DNA of 64,000 nt from an uncultured delta proteobacterium (GCA_963733195.1 CAVTCR010000017.1:32001-96000); one strand, 5' to 3'; shown: positions 29,028 through 39,935, numbered from the stretch's first letter. Numbers and translations are program-made. The notes: generated from the letters alone by a model not told the origin.

Positions 29028-32000
29028 ATGTCTTCCCTCCGCCATCTGTGGTTCGACAGCCGTCATCTGCTCGGGAACTCTGCCGGTCAGACATTACTCA
29101 CAGAACTAGATGCTCTGGGGATGCGCACCCGCGAAACGCTTCTTTCGACTGGCGATCGATTGGCAGCGCTTTCCTTGACCCTCGCGCAAACGTTCTGTCG
29201 TGTGGCACCGGCGGCGTGGCGGGTCTTCGGCGCGAAAGAATTTCCCCGCTGGGTGGCAATCGGTGAATGCCTCGCTGGTGAAGAACCATCGTCTCGTGAG
29301 GGAGCGGCTGCGTACTTCACGATAGATCCTCACAGTTTGTCACTCATCGGGCTCGATATCGCTGAAGAATGGTCCGAGATTGGTCGTGAGACGTTGAAGG
29401 TTTCGCGCCGTTTAGGATCGCAATTCTTCCAAAGTTCTGCACCAGTACTAGCGACCCTTCCCACTCCTATCCCAGACCGACTGCGTGTTTGGGCAAGGCA
29501 CGGCTGTGCGCTGCTGAAGGCAAAAGGTTGGAAGGGTGAATTTTTAGCCGTGTCCTACTTTGAAGCAGCATCGGCCGCACTTCCAGTGCTGAGTAATGAA
29601 GAGATGGCTGCCTGGGCAACCTTAGGAATGTTGGTACAAGATTCTGGCCCTTGGACATTCTATGCGACTCTGCCTAAAGGTTTTGCGGCATTCAGTGGAC
29701 CAGAACGGATGTCGCTTTTAATGGCATGCCAACACGCAGCAGCCATCGCTGCCAAAGCGGCGACAGAGGTGTTTCTTCACGTGCCGCCGGCGCTTGCCCC
29801 CTTCCCTCCTCATTTACGGATGTTCCTGTTGTCACTTCTGGTTCCTGTCGTTCGCACTGATCCTGCTGCGATTCTGCCACTCCTTCCCCTGCTCTCTTCA
29901 TTTGTGAGAGCAGTGCAACTTGATCAAAGACTGTGGTTGCAAGAACGACTTGCTGCCCTCGCCCAGCAGTTTCCTGCGATCGTCTCGCCTGTGATACGTA
30001 CCCTCCCTCGGGTTTGCGAAGAAACCGGAGAGCAGGGAGTTGAAGAATGGCTGACAAAAGGGCTGGACGTCGCCACCAGCAACGTCGCGGCTGGGGTTGC
30101 GTACTTCGCCTTAGAATCTCGTACCAGCCTCAGACAACTGCGGCAGTCCTCACAAGGAGTTGATCTTGAGGAGGTGCAAGAGCTGCTGCGGAAATGTATT
30201 CAGATGCTGTCTAGAACCTTGGTCGGTATTCGGAAACAGGAAATGTTTGCCTACCCTCCATCGCTGGAAGAGTTTCCCTTCTACAGTGATGCCCTTCCCC
30301 TTCCTGCTCGTGTGGATATTTTGCCCACGTACGAGGAGAACTTTCGCCTCTTTCGTCTTGTTGCTCTGCAGCAGGCTGGTCGTCGCGAGTTCGGCACCTA
30401 TGATTTCTCCCTTACTGACTTATGGCCACAATTACCGATTGCTGTGCGGCAATTATTGAAAGATGACCAAGTGCCTATTGGAGGGCTCGGAGAATATTTC
30501 CGCTGTTTTCCTCATCCTGACATTCTCGAAGCCCTGTTTACCGTCATGGAAACCCAACGTGTGGCAAGCCAGATGGGTCGCGTCTATCGTGGCCTGCAAG
30601 AAGAACTCCGTTGGGCCACTACACTTGATTTGCCATCCTTGTTACCGGACCTCCTTCTTTCTCTCGTTCCACAACTTCGTGTACGCGGGCGGACGCATGA
30701 TACCGTGTACGACTCAGCTCTTGCTGCCGCGGAGATCTACGCCCGGTTGTTGTCTACTATCGCCGCCGCTCGTAACGCCCGTGATCCCGCGGCGTTCGGT
30801 TCGCTAATGTTCGATAAAATCACTGGCGATGCACTGATTGACCCTGAGATGGATGATAGCCTTCCGCCCCCTGATGCCCCGGAATTACCCCAGCTCGAAC
30901 TTGACCCTGAACGTGACGAGCGCGAGGGTGGTTCGCCGTTGTCTCCTGAAGAACTAAAAGCGTTAATCGAGGCCGGAGTCGATCTCCAGATTCGTCAGGG
31001 GAAGAGCGATACCATCACACCTCAAGGTTTATACATCAGTGACCTGGACGGGAAGTTGCCCAACGATGGAGAGCGTGAACACATCACGCCAGAGAATGGA
31101 GTCGCTGTTGTGGGACAGCGGCGGCGCGAGCGTGATGCTGCATTGACGTTTTTTTACGATGAATGGGATTATCAGATTAGTGATTATCGTTCGCGTTGGT
31201 GCCGATTGCGGGAAATTGTCCTTGCTGGCGATGCGGGAGAATACTTTTCCAAGACGCTCAATGACTACGCTGCACTGACACCCGCTGTGAAACACGAATT
31301 CCAGCGGATTCGTCCAGAGCAATATCGTGTCGTGCGTGGGTTAGAGGATGGCGAGGAGTTTGATTTCAACGCGGTTGTGACTGCAGCGAGTGATATTCGC
31401 GCTAGGGTGAGTCCCTCACCGAAGCTCTACACGATACGACGGCAGACTGAGCGAGATGTGGCAGCGTTGTTCCTGCTGGATATGAGTGCATCAACTGACG
31501 AACCTATCGTTCCCATCGTTCGAAAGTATATCGAAGAAGACCAGGACGACTGGCAGGCAATGTGGAAGAAACGTGCAGCAATGCCCGAACCAAAACCACG
31601 TCGCATTATCGATGTGACCAAAGAAGCGCTGGTGCTGATGGCCGAAGCCCTCGAAGAGATTGGCGACACGTACGCGATCTATGGATTCTCTGGTCAAGGA
31701 CGGGCCAATGTCGAATTTTACCATGTCAAATCGTTTCTTGAAGCGCTATCACCAACAGTGAAAGGCCGGATCGGAGCGATCGAGCCCAAACAATCGACAC
31801 GCATGGGAGCAGCGCTCCGCCACTCTGTCGAGAAGCTGAAAGATGTCGCCTGTCGGGTCAAGCTACTGGTGCTGTTAAGCGACGGGTTTCCACAGGACAT
31901 GGACTACGGGTCTGATCGGCGTTCGATTGCTTACGGGATTCGTGACACGATGACAGCGCTGCAAGAAGCCGATCGCGCCGGTATTCTCACTTTCTGTTTG

Positions 32001-32138
32001 ACGGTGGACAAAGCTGGCCACGATTATCTGCGTGAGATGTGTGAGCCCTCGCGTTATCTCGTGCTTGAAGATGTCGCGTCATTGCCGACTGAACTGCCCA
32101 AAGTGTACCAGCGCTACATTCGCCCGCGAGGAGTATAG
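29028..32138 (+). CDS. NorD/CbbO-like vWA protein with N-terminal helical repeats
   Basis: YDEWDYQISDYR..WCRLRE, EDGEEFD, FLLDMSAST (MIDAS), STRMGAALRH, LLSDGFPQD, FCLTVD. Confidence 0.85.
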   Translation: MSSLRHLWFDSRHLLGNSAGQTLLTELDALGMRTRETLLSTGDRLAALSLTLAQTFCRVAPAAWRVFGAKEFPRWVAIGECLAGEEPSSREGAAAYFTIDPHSLSLIGLDIAEEWSEIGRETLKVSRRLGSQFFQSSAPVLATLPTPIPDRLRVWARHGCALLKAKGWKGEFLAVSYFEAASAALPVLSNEEMAAWATLGMLVQDSGPWTFYATLPKGFAAFSGPERMSLLMACQHAAAIAAKAATEVFLHVPPALAPFPPHLRMFLLSLLVPVVRTDPAAILPLLPLLSSFVRAVQLDQRLWLQERLAALAQQFPAIVSPVIRTLPRVCEETGEQGVEEWLTKGLDVATSNVAAGVAYFALESRTSLRQLRQSSQGVDLEEVQELLRKCIQMLSRTLVGIRKQEMFAYPPSLEEFPFYSDALPLPARVDILPTYEENFRLFRLVALQQAGRREFGTYDFSLTDLWPQLPIAVRQLLKDDQVPIGGLGEYFRCFPHPDILEALFTVMETQRVASQMGRVYRGLQEELRWATTLDLPSLLPDLLLSLVPQLRVRGRTHDTVYDSALAAAEIYARLLSTIAAARNARDPAAFGSLMFDKITGDALIDPEMDDSLPPPDAPELPQLELDPERDEREGGSPLSPEELKALIEAGVDLQIRQGKSDTITPQGLYISDLDGKLPNDGEREHITPENGVAVVGQRRRERDAALTFFYDEWDYQISDYRSRWCRLREIVLAGDAGEYFSKTLNDYAALTPAVKHEFQRIRPEQYRVVRGLEDGEEFDFNAVVTAASDIRARVSPSPKLYTIRRQTERDVAALFLLDMSASTDEPIVPIVRKYIEEDQDDWQAMWKKRAAMPEPKPRRIIDVTKEALVLMAEALEEIGDTYAIYGFSGQGRANVEFYHVKSFLEALSPTVKGRIGAIEPKQSTRMGAALRHSVEKLKDVACRVKLLVLLSDGFPQDMDYGSDRRSIAYGIRDTMTALQEADRAGILTFCLTVDKAGHDYLREMCEPSRYLVLEDVASLPTELPKVYQRYIRPRGV

Positions 32139-32258
32139 TTTCTTGTTTTTCGTTCCATGTTTCAGGCTTTAGGTTCCACGTTCCACGCTTCACGTTTCTC
32201 TCAGTAGAGGAGCTGTATATGTCCCTGAGGTACCCTCTCTGACAACTCTAGGACAAGC

Positions 32259-32873
32259 GTGTATCTTGCCTCTGTGTACGATCGCAAAGACACTTTTTAC
32301 CAGAAAGCCAAACAGGAAGGTTATCGCTCGCGGGCAGCGTATAAGCTCCTCGAACTGCAACGGGAGTTGCGGATTTTTAAGCCTGGAGACCGAGTTATTG
32401 ATCTTGGTTCGTGGCCTGGTGGGTGGGTGCAGGTAGCAGCCTCTCTGGTCGGGAGCACTGGACAGGTGATTGGCATTGATTTGGTAGCGCTCGACCCTCT
32501 CCCTTTACCGAACGTGACTCTTGTGCAAGGCGATGCCACCGACCCAAGACAACAAGCGCAACTCCTCGTTCTGTTGGGTAGCCGAAGCGATGTCCTGTTG
32601 TCTGATATGGCCCCGAAACTCAGTGGAATCCGAGAAACAGATGACACACGAGCTATGGATTTGTGTCGCACTGCCTTGACCTGCGCTCCTCAGCTTGTAC
32701 GACCAGGTGGAGCGTTACTACTCAAAGTCTTTATGGGACCGGAGTACAAAGCATTTCTGACGGAACTCCGCACCACATTTACTACAGTAAAAGTAACCCG
32801 ACCCAAAGCGATACGAAAAGGGTCTGCTGAAACGTATGTCCTTGCTACCGGCCTGCGGAAGGTTTTGCCGTAG
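32259..32873 (+). CDS. rlmE: 23S rRNA Um2552 2'-O-methyltransferase (RlmE/FtsJ)
   Basis: AKQEGYRSRAAYKLLEL, IDLGSWPGGW, LSDMAP, LLKVFMG, SAETY; start may be GTG 32274. Confidence 0.92.
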   Translation: MYLASVYDRKDTFYQKAKQEGYRSRAAYKLLELQRELRIFKPGDRVIDLGSWPGGWVQVAASLVGSTGQVIGIDLVALDPLPLPNVTLVQGDATDPRQQAQLLVLLGSRSDVLLSDMAPKLSGIRETDDTRAMDLCRTALTCAPQLVRPGGALLLKVFMGPEYKAFLTELRTTFTTVKVTRPKAIRKGSAETYVLATGLRKVLP

Positions 32874-32882
32874 ACGAAGATG

Positions 32883-32924
32883 CCCCCTTAAGAGAAGGAA
32901 TTCATAGCTCTTCTCTTAAAGGGG
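32883..32924. terminator. Hairpin between convergent genes
   Basis: ccccttaagagaag...cttctcttaaagggg inverted repeat between rlmE and the minus-strand regulator. Confidence 0.55.
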
Positions 32925-32965
32925 AACATTCTATCTAGGGTTACACTAAGCAACGAGAACGGGTC

Positions 32966-33640
32966 CTACGAAACCCGTACTTGCTCGGTCGGATACCCTA
33001 CTCCCTCGGTGATATAGAACTGCTGTGCCGCTTGGCGACGATTACTCGCCCGCAGCTTTGCGAAGATGTGGGTAAGATGATTCTTTACCGTCTTTGGGCT
33101 GATATGAAGCCGTATACCAATCTGTTGGTTGCTCATCCCTTGTGCGAGGAGGGTCAGGACCGTTAACTCCTGGCGGCTTAACTCTTTCAGGTTCTGTACT
33201 GTCTCACCTTTGCAATGGAGAAACGTATGGAACACTCGCGGTGGAAGATGTGGGTCCACCCAGATACCACCAGCGTACACTGTGGTAATGGCAGTGCAGA
33301 GGTCAGCTACTGATGCTGCTTTGGAGATATAGCCATGTGCGCCACCGACAGCTGCTTCAGTGGCATACTCTTCTTCTGTCTGGCTCCCAATGACGAGAAT
33401 TCTTGTTTCCGGACTTTGTCGAAGTAGCTCTTGGCAGAAAGAGGCGAGGCGCCCCAGTTTCGGCATCTCATAATCCAACAGTAACAGGTCAGGTCGTTGG
33501 GACAATGTTAATCCCAATGCAGTTTCGCCATCGCTTGCGACTCCTACGACAGTGTATTGTTCCGATTGGTTTGCGAGGGTGTACTGGAGCATGTCAGTAA
33601 ACATGATGTGGTCGTCAGCAATGAGGATCCGGATAGACAT
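32966..33640 (-). CDS. NarL/FixJ-family response regulator
   Basis: IRILIADDH, LLLLDYEMP, LSRQELTVLTLLAQGMSNQQIG, SPKTVKNHLTHIFAKL. Confidence 0.92.
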   Translation of the reverse strand: MSIRILIADDHIMFTDMLQYTLANQSEQYTVVGVASDGETALGLTLSQRPDLLLLDYEMPKLGRLASFCQELLRQSPETRILVIGSQTEEEYATEAAVGGAHGYISKAASVADLCTAITTVYAGGIWVDPHLPPRVFHTFLHCKGETVQNLKELSRQELTVLTLLAQGMSNQQIGIRLHISPKTVKNHLTHIFAKLRASNRRQAAQQFYITEGVGYPTEQVRVS

Positions 33641-33888
33641 ACTACTTATTCTCCTTGGGTCCTAGAAATCAGCAATAACTGAGCCAGCAAAATGTCAGGG
33701 TTTTTGTGACAGAAATGACAAAAAAAACCCGAGGAACAGAGGAAAAGTGAGAAAATAGTGCTTCTGGCGCGTGTCAGCAGAGCAGGTGTGACAGTTCTGT
33801 CATCTGGGCATGTCAAGGGCTGTGTCAGTTTTGTCAAAATCGTAGGCTGACCAGTAGCAGCATCGGTCAGCTTCTTACTTTTTCCAGG

Positions 33889-34115
33889 GTGCCTGACTAT
33901 GCTCCTCCATCTCTTAGCACTTTTACTTCACGTGAACATGAAGTCGGTTCACTTCTAGTCGTGGAGCCAGTAACAGAGAAATCGCCCGAGAACTCCGAGT
34001 TGCAGAGCGTACAGTTAAAGCGCACGTGATGACAATTTTCCGCAAACTCGGCGTCTCCGACCGAGTACGATTGGCTCTCGTGATGAATAGACAGTCCATT
34101 GCCTCGGACCTCTAG
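33889..34115 (+). CDS. Stand-alone LuxR-type HTH protein or remnant (frameshift near 33957; not in ORF track)
   Basis: LSTFTSREHEVGSLL then SRGASNREIARELRVAERTVKAHVMTIFRKLGVSDRVRLAL. Confidence 0.75.
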
Positions 34116-34734
34116 GTCTCTCCGATGTTGCTCCCGTCCAAAGTGAGCCTTGATAATCTCAGCGTCAGGTAAGTGATCATTTCTTCCAAACCTCGACTTT
34201 TCTATTTCCGCCCAACACCTCACTCTACTGTTCTGATCAAACTTTCTTGTCAGTGCCTCCCTGATGGCACGCTTTTTGTTCATTGCCAATGTCTAAGAAG
34301 CCTTTGAGTAAGAATGTGAAAGTGGTTTTTGTGTCAATCTTGTTCCCAACAATTGCCCCTAGGCCAGATAATAATGATTTATGAGCCGAGGTAGGAAAAA
34401 GCGTGCGGGATTCTCAGAGGTTGGCACATTCTTACCGTGTCAGTTTTGTCACAAAGAGTGCCATCCCTGTCAGCTGTGACAGAGGAGTGGCTAGTCATGA
34501 AGGAAGAGACCCTGTAGGAAACTGAACCCGGAATATCGCTACACCTGGTTGTTAGCAACCCGTGGCCTTTGGAAATGTGAGCGCAACTTGACTGTATTCC
34601 TCTGTACTTCTCCATCGGTCAATCGCATGCCAGATCTCTAGCTCCAAAGTCGCGCGTACTCCAGAGTAGAGATAGTGACTCTGACACCACTTTTCGAGAT
34701 TGCTTTCTTACCGGAACAATAGGGGGAAAAGCGC

Positions 34735-34920
34735 ATGTTTCACCAATTTTTTAACGCAGAAGTCCTTCTTGTTGCACTCAGTGTTTGGGGACTTGGGGTA
34801 GCTCTCTATCTCTTAAAAATGTATCTGCAGCGTCAGAATACCTATCATACCCGCGTGCAGAACCGGATTACGCGGATTGGGAACCAACCACTCGGGCAGG
34901 AGGAAAGACAGAACTCATAA
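34735..34920 (+). CDS. Small single-TM hypothetical protein
   Basis: G/A-rich RBS, hydrophobic VLLVALSVWGLGVALYLL, basic tail. Confidence 0.45.
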   Translation: MFHQFFNAEVLLVALSVWGLGVALYLLKMYLQRQNTYHTRVQNRITRIGNQPLGQEERQNS

Positions 34921-35082
34921 CTATTCTGTTCGTATGTGCCGTTTGACACCTCAAATCTCCTACGCTACGCTGCCCTCGCGTTAAGCGGTGGGAGTGGTAG
35001 AAACGTCCATTCTCCTTCCTGTTCGTAAGCCCTCTGATCGCTAGGCCCCCGTCCCTATTATTCTTCTCCAAAGGATCTTGTC

Positions 35083-36410
35083 ATGCAGCGTAATCGTCGA
35101 GTGTACTCTTGGGTGTGGCTGTTCCTGTTCTTTGTCTGCGGGGTCCCAACCCTCGGAGAATCCCGTACCATGATCCTTGATAACCCACAGCGACATGCCT
35201 TTCAGTGGGTTTGCGTCTTCGCTGACCTTAGTCGGAGATGTCGACGGAGACCAAGTGTCAGACTACTTGGTTGGGGCATACGACAATCGGTGGGACAAAA
35301 ACGATCGTCAGGGCCGAGTTTTTGTATTTAGTGGGAAAAGCGGGAAACTTCTGTTTCCCATCGATCATCCGTTCCCGCAAAAAGCTGCGGCATTTGGTTT
35401 TTCTGTCGCTTCCGCTGGCGATGTAAATAAAGACGGAACAGCAGATTTTCTTATCGGCGCCTTTGGACAGGATGACGGTAGTGGGAAAGCGTTCGTCTTC
35501 AATGGGAAAGACGGAAAGCTTTTATATCCCGTACAAGCACCGCAGCGACAGATAGGTGCTGGCTTTGGGTGGGCTGTTGCTTCATTCGGTGATCTTAACG
35601 GCGACAGTACTCCAGACTTTGGGGTTGGAGCTTTCGCCCAAGAGGGGGCTGGTCGAGTGTTCGTCTTTAGTGGTCATAACGGTAAGCTCTTGCGCACGAT
35701 CACTCCACCAGCAGGAAGCTTCGCTTTTGGTTGGGCTGTTGGCAGGCATCGAGGACCTTAATAAAGACGGCCTTCCTGAGATTCTTGTGGGAGCGCCGTA
35801 TACTAATGTGGGAAAGAATCCGATCCAGGGACAAGCTTACGTCTTTAATGGCAAAGATAGCAATTTGCTTTACACCTTAGAAAATCCCCAGCCCATAGCT
35901 GGGGCAGTGTTCGGTTGGCGTATGACGGACGCTGGCGATCTGAACAAAGACGGTATTCCCGACATTCTGGTTGGTGCGCCGTATCAAGATGTCGACAAAG
36001 TGATTGCTCAAGGAGCGGCTTTTGCCTTTAGTGGAGCAAATGGGCAAATGCTTTTCGCGCTCAAGAATCCAGTCCCGCGGCCGTATGCTGCGTTTGGCTA
36101 TGCACTCACAGAAAGTGCTGACATGAACCAAGACGGTGTTCCCGAGATTCTCGTTGGGGCTCCGTATCAAACCGTCGATGAGTTCCACGTGCAAGGAGAG
36201 GTCTTTCTCTTCAACGGTCAAGATGGTCGTCACCTCACCACGTTCGACAATCCCTATCCACATCAAGGCTCTTCATTTGGGTATACGGTCGTTTCTCCTG
36301 GTGATGTGAACGGCGACAAAATTCCCGACTTCGCGATTGGCGCCTCTGGACAGGGGATTATGGACAAGCCGGCAGTAGGGCGGCTTTTTGTCTTCCTCTC
36401 GCAGCCATAA
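35083..36410 (+). CDS. Exported FG-GAP (integrin-alpha-like) beta-propeller protein (frameshifts near 35190 and 35745)
   Basis: Repeated FG...GDxNxDGxxDxLVGAP...G.V/A.VF.G.xG units across three consecutive ORFs; signal peptide in the first. Confidence 0.88.
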
Positions 36411-36536
36411 GTTGGTTCGTGTCATTGCCTATATCCTATCGAGCCTGATTGACGCTGCTCTTCCAGCGGGCTTAGAATAGCGTCGGTTTGAGGGTCTCAA
36501 ATTGCGGCATGCTGGACGTACAGTAAGGAGGCGATC

Positions 36537-37169
36537 ATGGGCACTACAACCCGATCGATACTCACGATCTCTCATCAATACGGAAGTGGGGGAAGCCGGA
36601 TTTCCCGCGACCTCGGACAACGTTTGCAATGGGCGGTGTGGGAGAAAGAGATCGTTCGCCAGATTGCGACACAATATAAAGTGTCGGAAGAGTACGTCGA
36701 GGCGAAAGACGAACGTGTCGATTCTTTCATTGAGCGGATGGTCGGGCTCTTTGGCATGGGAGGATTCGAATCCGCCTACGAAGTGCCGCCTCCGTTATGG
36801 CTAACTGATGCGCAACTCGTGCGGATGACACGAGGGATTGTCGAAGACGTGGCAAAAGAAGGGCAGGCGATCATTGTCGGGCGGGCGGGGAATTTTATCT
36901 TGGCTGATCACCCACGCACCTTACACGTTTTCATTCTGGCGCCACTTTCTGTGAGAATCGGGCGTGTCATGGAAGCGGAAGGCCTCTCGCATGCTGCGGC
37001 AGAACAACGTATTGCTGGAATGGATAAAATTCGCGCGGACTACGTGCGAACATTCTATCATGCGGATTGGCGGGACCCAGGTCACTATCACCTTGCGATT
37101 GACTCTGGGGTATGGGGAGAGAGTGGCACGACAGATTTGATTGCCTGGGCGTTGGAACGTGCAACATAA
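36537..37169 (+). CDS. Cytidylate kinase-like family protein
   Basis: ILTISHQYGSGG, IIVGRAGNFIL, HYHLAIDS; AGGAGG RBS. Confidence 0.88.
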   Translation: MGTTTRSILTISHQYGSGGSRISRDLGQRLQWAVWEKEIVRQIATQYKVSEEYVEAKDERVDSFIERMVGLFGMGGFESAYEVPPPLWLTDAQLVRMTRGIVEDVAKEGQAIIVGRAGNFILADHPRTLHVFILAPLSVRIGRVMEAEGLSHAAAEQRIAGMDKIRADYVRTFYHADWRDPGHYHLAIDSGVWGESGTTDLIAWALERAT

Positions 37170-37309
37170 GCAATGCGAAGCACGAAGCCTCGGCGCCTCT
37201 TTCATTTCTAATTCCTCATCCCCAATCCAGAGATCCTCCCTTTGGGGTCATGGCATCTCTCGTACTGATAAGAGACAATGCTTGCATGCCTCTTCATAGG
37301 AGACTGACT

Positions 37310-38632
37310 ATGCGGGATGCCGCATTAGTCTTCGCTGTACTGCTCCCTGCCGTCTATTGCTGGGGAGCGCGAACGGCAGCATTCGCAGGTATGCCATTGA
37401 CACTGGACGAAGCGGTCGCGACTGCTCTGACTCATCATCCGACCATCGATGTAGGGAAAGCCGAAATTGTGGCGGCGCAACAGCGTGTTCGTCAACAAGA
37501 AGCAGGCTATCTCCCGCGTGGCGCGTATACATATTCTTTCACCCGCCAGCAACAACCAGTCTCAACAGCAGTTGGTGGGATTCAGATTGAGGATGGGCAG
37601 CAACAACAACGCAGCCTCTCGCAAATTTTCAATTTTCATTCGACCAATGTTAGCCTCAGCCAGATGTTGTTCGATTTTGGTCGTACTCTTGATGCTATCC
37701 AATCCGCAAGTGCCGCTGTCGAAGCAAGTACCGCAGACCTCGAGACCACTCGCCAAGCGATTATCTTCAACACCAAGCAAGCCTATTATGGACTCCTTTC
37801 TTCTCAGCATCTTCAACGCGTGGCCGAAGAAACCGTTCGGCAGAATCAAAAGCATTTGGAAGATGCCCAAGCACGCTTCGAGGTTGGTATTGCACCACGT
37901 TTTGATGTGACCCAAGCACGGGTGCAAGTGTCGAATGCTGAATTAAATTTGGTGACAGCTCGCAACAATGTCGCCCTTGGCCATGAAACCTTGCGTACGG
38001 CGATGGGAATCACCGATGCGACGGATTTCATTCCGATAGATACGTTTGACCGTCAACCGCTTTCAGTGAACGAGGTTGATATTCTTCGTCAGGCATATGC
38101 GAACCGGCCAGAGCTACACAGTATGTGGGCGCAGCAGAAAGCGACCACTGAACGGGTCTCAGAACTACAGAAACAATACCTTCCCTCAGTGACAGGCAAT
38201 GCACAGTATAATTGGACAGGACGTGAGTACCCGTTACCGGAAGGATGGGTAGTTGGAGTCATCCTAACCGTCCCTTTGTTCGACAGCATATTGACCACCG
38301 CGCAGGTTGGCGAAGCGTATGCGAATCAGCAACGTCTCATAGCCGAGGAAAAAGATCTACGGCAGCAGATCACTCTTGAAGTACGCCGTAGTCTCCTTGA
38401 CCTGCGCCGGGCTAACGAGAGTATTCGTGTCAGCGAACAGACGGAAGTGCAAGCACGTGAGAACCTTGCGCTTGCCGAAGGACGGTATCAAGCGGGAGTC
38501 GGGAACATCATCGAGGTGACCGATGCCCAAACCTCAATGACCTCCGCACGGGCAAGTACAATTCAGGCTCTCTATGATTTCAAAACTGCTCTGGCTCAAT
38601 TGGAAAGAGCCGTCGGGCGCAACCTCGAATAA
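37310..38632 (+). CDS. TolC-family outer membrane efflux protein
   Basis: LTLDEAVATAL, LFDFG, RFEVG, NRPEL, RYQAGVGNIIEVTDAQ; AGGAG RBS before ATG 37310. Confidence 0.92.
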   Translation: MRDAALVFAVLLPAVYCWGARTAAFAGMPLTLDEAVATALTHHPTIDVGKAEIVAAQQRVRQQEAGYLPRGAYTYSFTRQQQPVSTAVGGIQIEDGQQQQRSLSQIFNFHSTNVSLSQMLFDFGRTLDAIQSASAAVEASTADLETTRQAIIFNTKQAYYGLLSSQHLQRVAEETVRQNQKHLEDAQARFEVGIAPRFDVTQARVQVSNAELNLVTARNNVALGHETLRTAMGITDATDFIPIDTFDRQPLSVNEVDILRQAYANRPELHSMWAQQKATTERVSELQKQYLPSVTGNAQYNWTGREYPLPEGWVVGVILTVPLFDSILTTAQVGEAYANQQRLIAEEKDLRQQITLEVRRSLLDLRRANESIRVSEQTEVQARENLALAEGRYQAGVGNIIEVTDAQTSMTSARASTIQALYDFKTALAQLERAVGRNLE

Positions 38633-38642
38633 TTCCGCAACG

Positions 38643-39887
38643 ATGCGTCAGAAGCAGCTTTTCCTTGCTCTCCTTCTTGTCGCTGGTGGCCTTGCTGGGC
38701 GCTGGTGGTGGTACTCGCAAAAGAACGAACAGCCAGTGACTTATCTCACGACGGTGGTCGAGCGTGGTTCGATTACGCGATTGGTTGTTGCGACGGGGAC
38801 AGTCAATCCGGTCACAACTGTGCAAGTTGGTACCTATGTCTCTGGTCCGATCAAGGAACTCTTTGCTGATTTCAATTCCGCGGTCAAAAAAGGGCAGCGT
38901 GTGGCCCAGATTGATCCGCGACCGTTCCTGCTCAAGGTCAAACAAGCAGAGGCTAATCTGTCGACGGCTCGTGCACAAGTAGAAAAGGACAAAGCTGATC
39001 TCACGTTTAAGCAACGTGCCCTCAAACGAACGCGTGAGCTGTTCGAGCGTAACTTGATCGCCAAACAAGAGGTCGAAGCTGCCGAGCGAGACGTCGAACA
39101 GGCACAGGCACAATACCAACTCGACCAAGCTCGTGTTGAGCAAAACAGTGCGGCATTGGAAGAGGCGCGGGTAAATCTCGGCTATACGGATATCGTCTCG
39201 CCAGTCGATGGCGTAGTGGTATCACGCAGTGTGAATGTCGGACAGACGGTGGCGGCCAGTTTTCAGACGCCGGTTCTGTTTCAGGTGGCACAGGATTTGA
39301 CCAAAATGCAGGTCAATACCAATGTCAGTGAGTCGGATATCGGTTTGGTTGCAGAGGGGCAGAAAGTCTTCTTTCTTGTTGATGCGTATCCAGAGCGAAA
39401 GTTTTGGGGCACCGTAATGCAGGTGCGAAACGCGCCACAAATCGTGCAGAACGTAGTGACGTATGATGTGGTTGTAGGGATCGATAATTCTGATCTCGCA
39501 CTCAAGCCTGGAATGACCGCAAGCTTGTCTGTGATCACCGCACAACGAGATGATGTGGTGAAGATCCCTCAGGCTGCCTTGCGGTTTCATCCCTCGTCGC
39601 TGAAGAAAGACGAAGCATCGCTGCAGGATGGCACCAACGGTTTGCGTCCCCAAGCATCAGTGAAAAGAGAGCGAACGTCGAGCGAAATTCCCCAAGTGTG
39701 GATCCAAGCCGCAGAGCAGAAGCTGACCCCGGTTACGGTGCAGCCTGGTATTAGTGACGATACCTTTACAGAGTTAGTATCGGGGGATCTCAAAGAAGGG
39801 GATAGAGTGGTGACTGGGGTGCGCGCAACCAGTAACGACACGCCGCAAACGACTCTCCCAGGCTTTGGCATGCGATGGCGGCGGTAA
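38643..39887 (+). CDS. MacA-like periplasmic adaptor (MFP)
   Basis: ATGTVNPVTTVQVGTYVSG, SPVDGVVVSR.V.VGQTVAASFQTP, LKPGMTA. Confidence 0.92.
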   Translation: MRQKQLFLALLLVAGGLAGRWWWYSQKNEQPVTYLTTVVERGSITRLVVATGTVNPVTTVQVGTYVSGPIKELFADFNSAVKKGQRVAQIDPRPFLLKVKQAEANLSTARAQVEKDKADLTFKQRALKRTRELFERNLIAKQEVEAAERDVEQAQAQYQLDQARVEQNSAALEEARVNLGYTDIVSPVDGVVVSRSVNVGQTVAASFQTPVLFQVAQDLTKMQVNTNVSESDIGLVAEGQKVFFLVDAYPERKFWGTVMQVRNAPQIVQNVVTYDVVVGIDNSDLALKPGMTASLSVITAQRDDVVKIPQAALRFHPSSLKKDEASLQDGTNGLRPQASVKRERTSSEIPQVWIQAAEQKLTPVTVQPGISDDTFTELVSGDLKEGDRVVTGVRATSNDTPQTTLPGFGMRWRR

Positions 39888-39935
39888 CGGATGGAACATA
39901 ACCTGTGAAGCCTGGCGCGCTACACACGTGATCCT

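Noticed and set aside
29028-32138. Evidence for denitrification or Rubisco activation from the NorD/CbbO-like gene
   Set aside because: No norBC, rbc or AAA partner in the window; family membership does not identify the client
33897-34289. 130-aa minus-strand ORF
   Set aside because: Antisense to the LuxR HTH reading on the plus strand, which has a clear family signature
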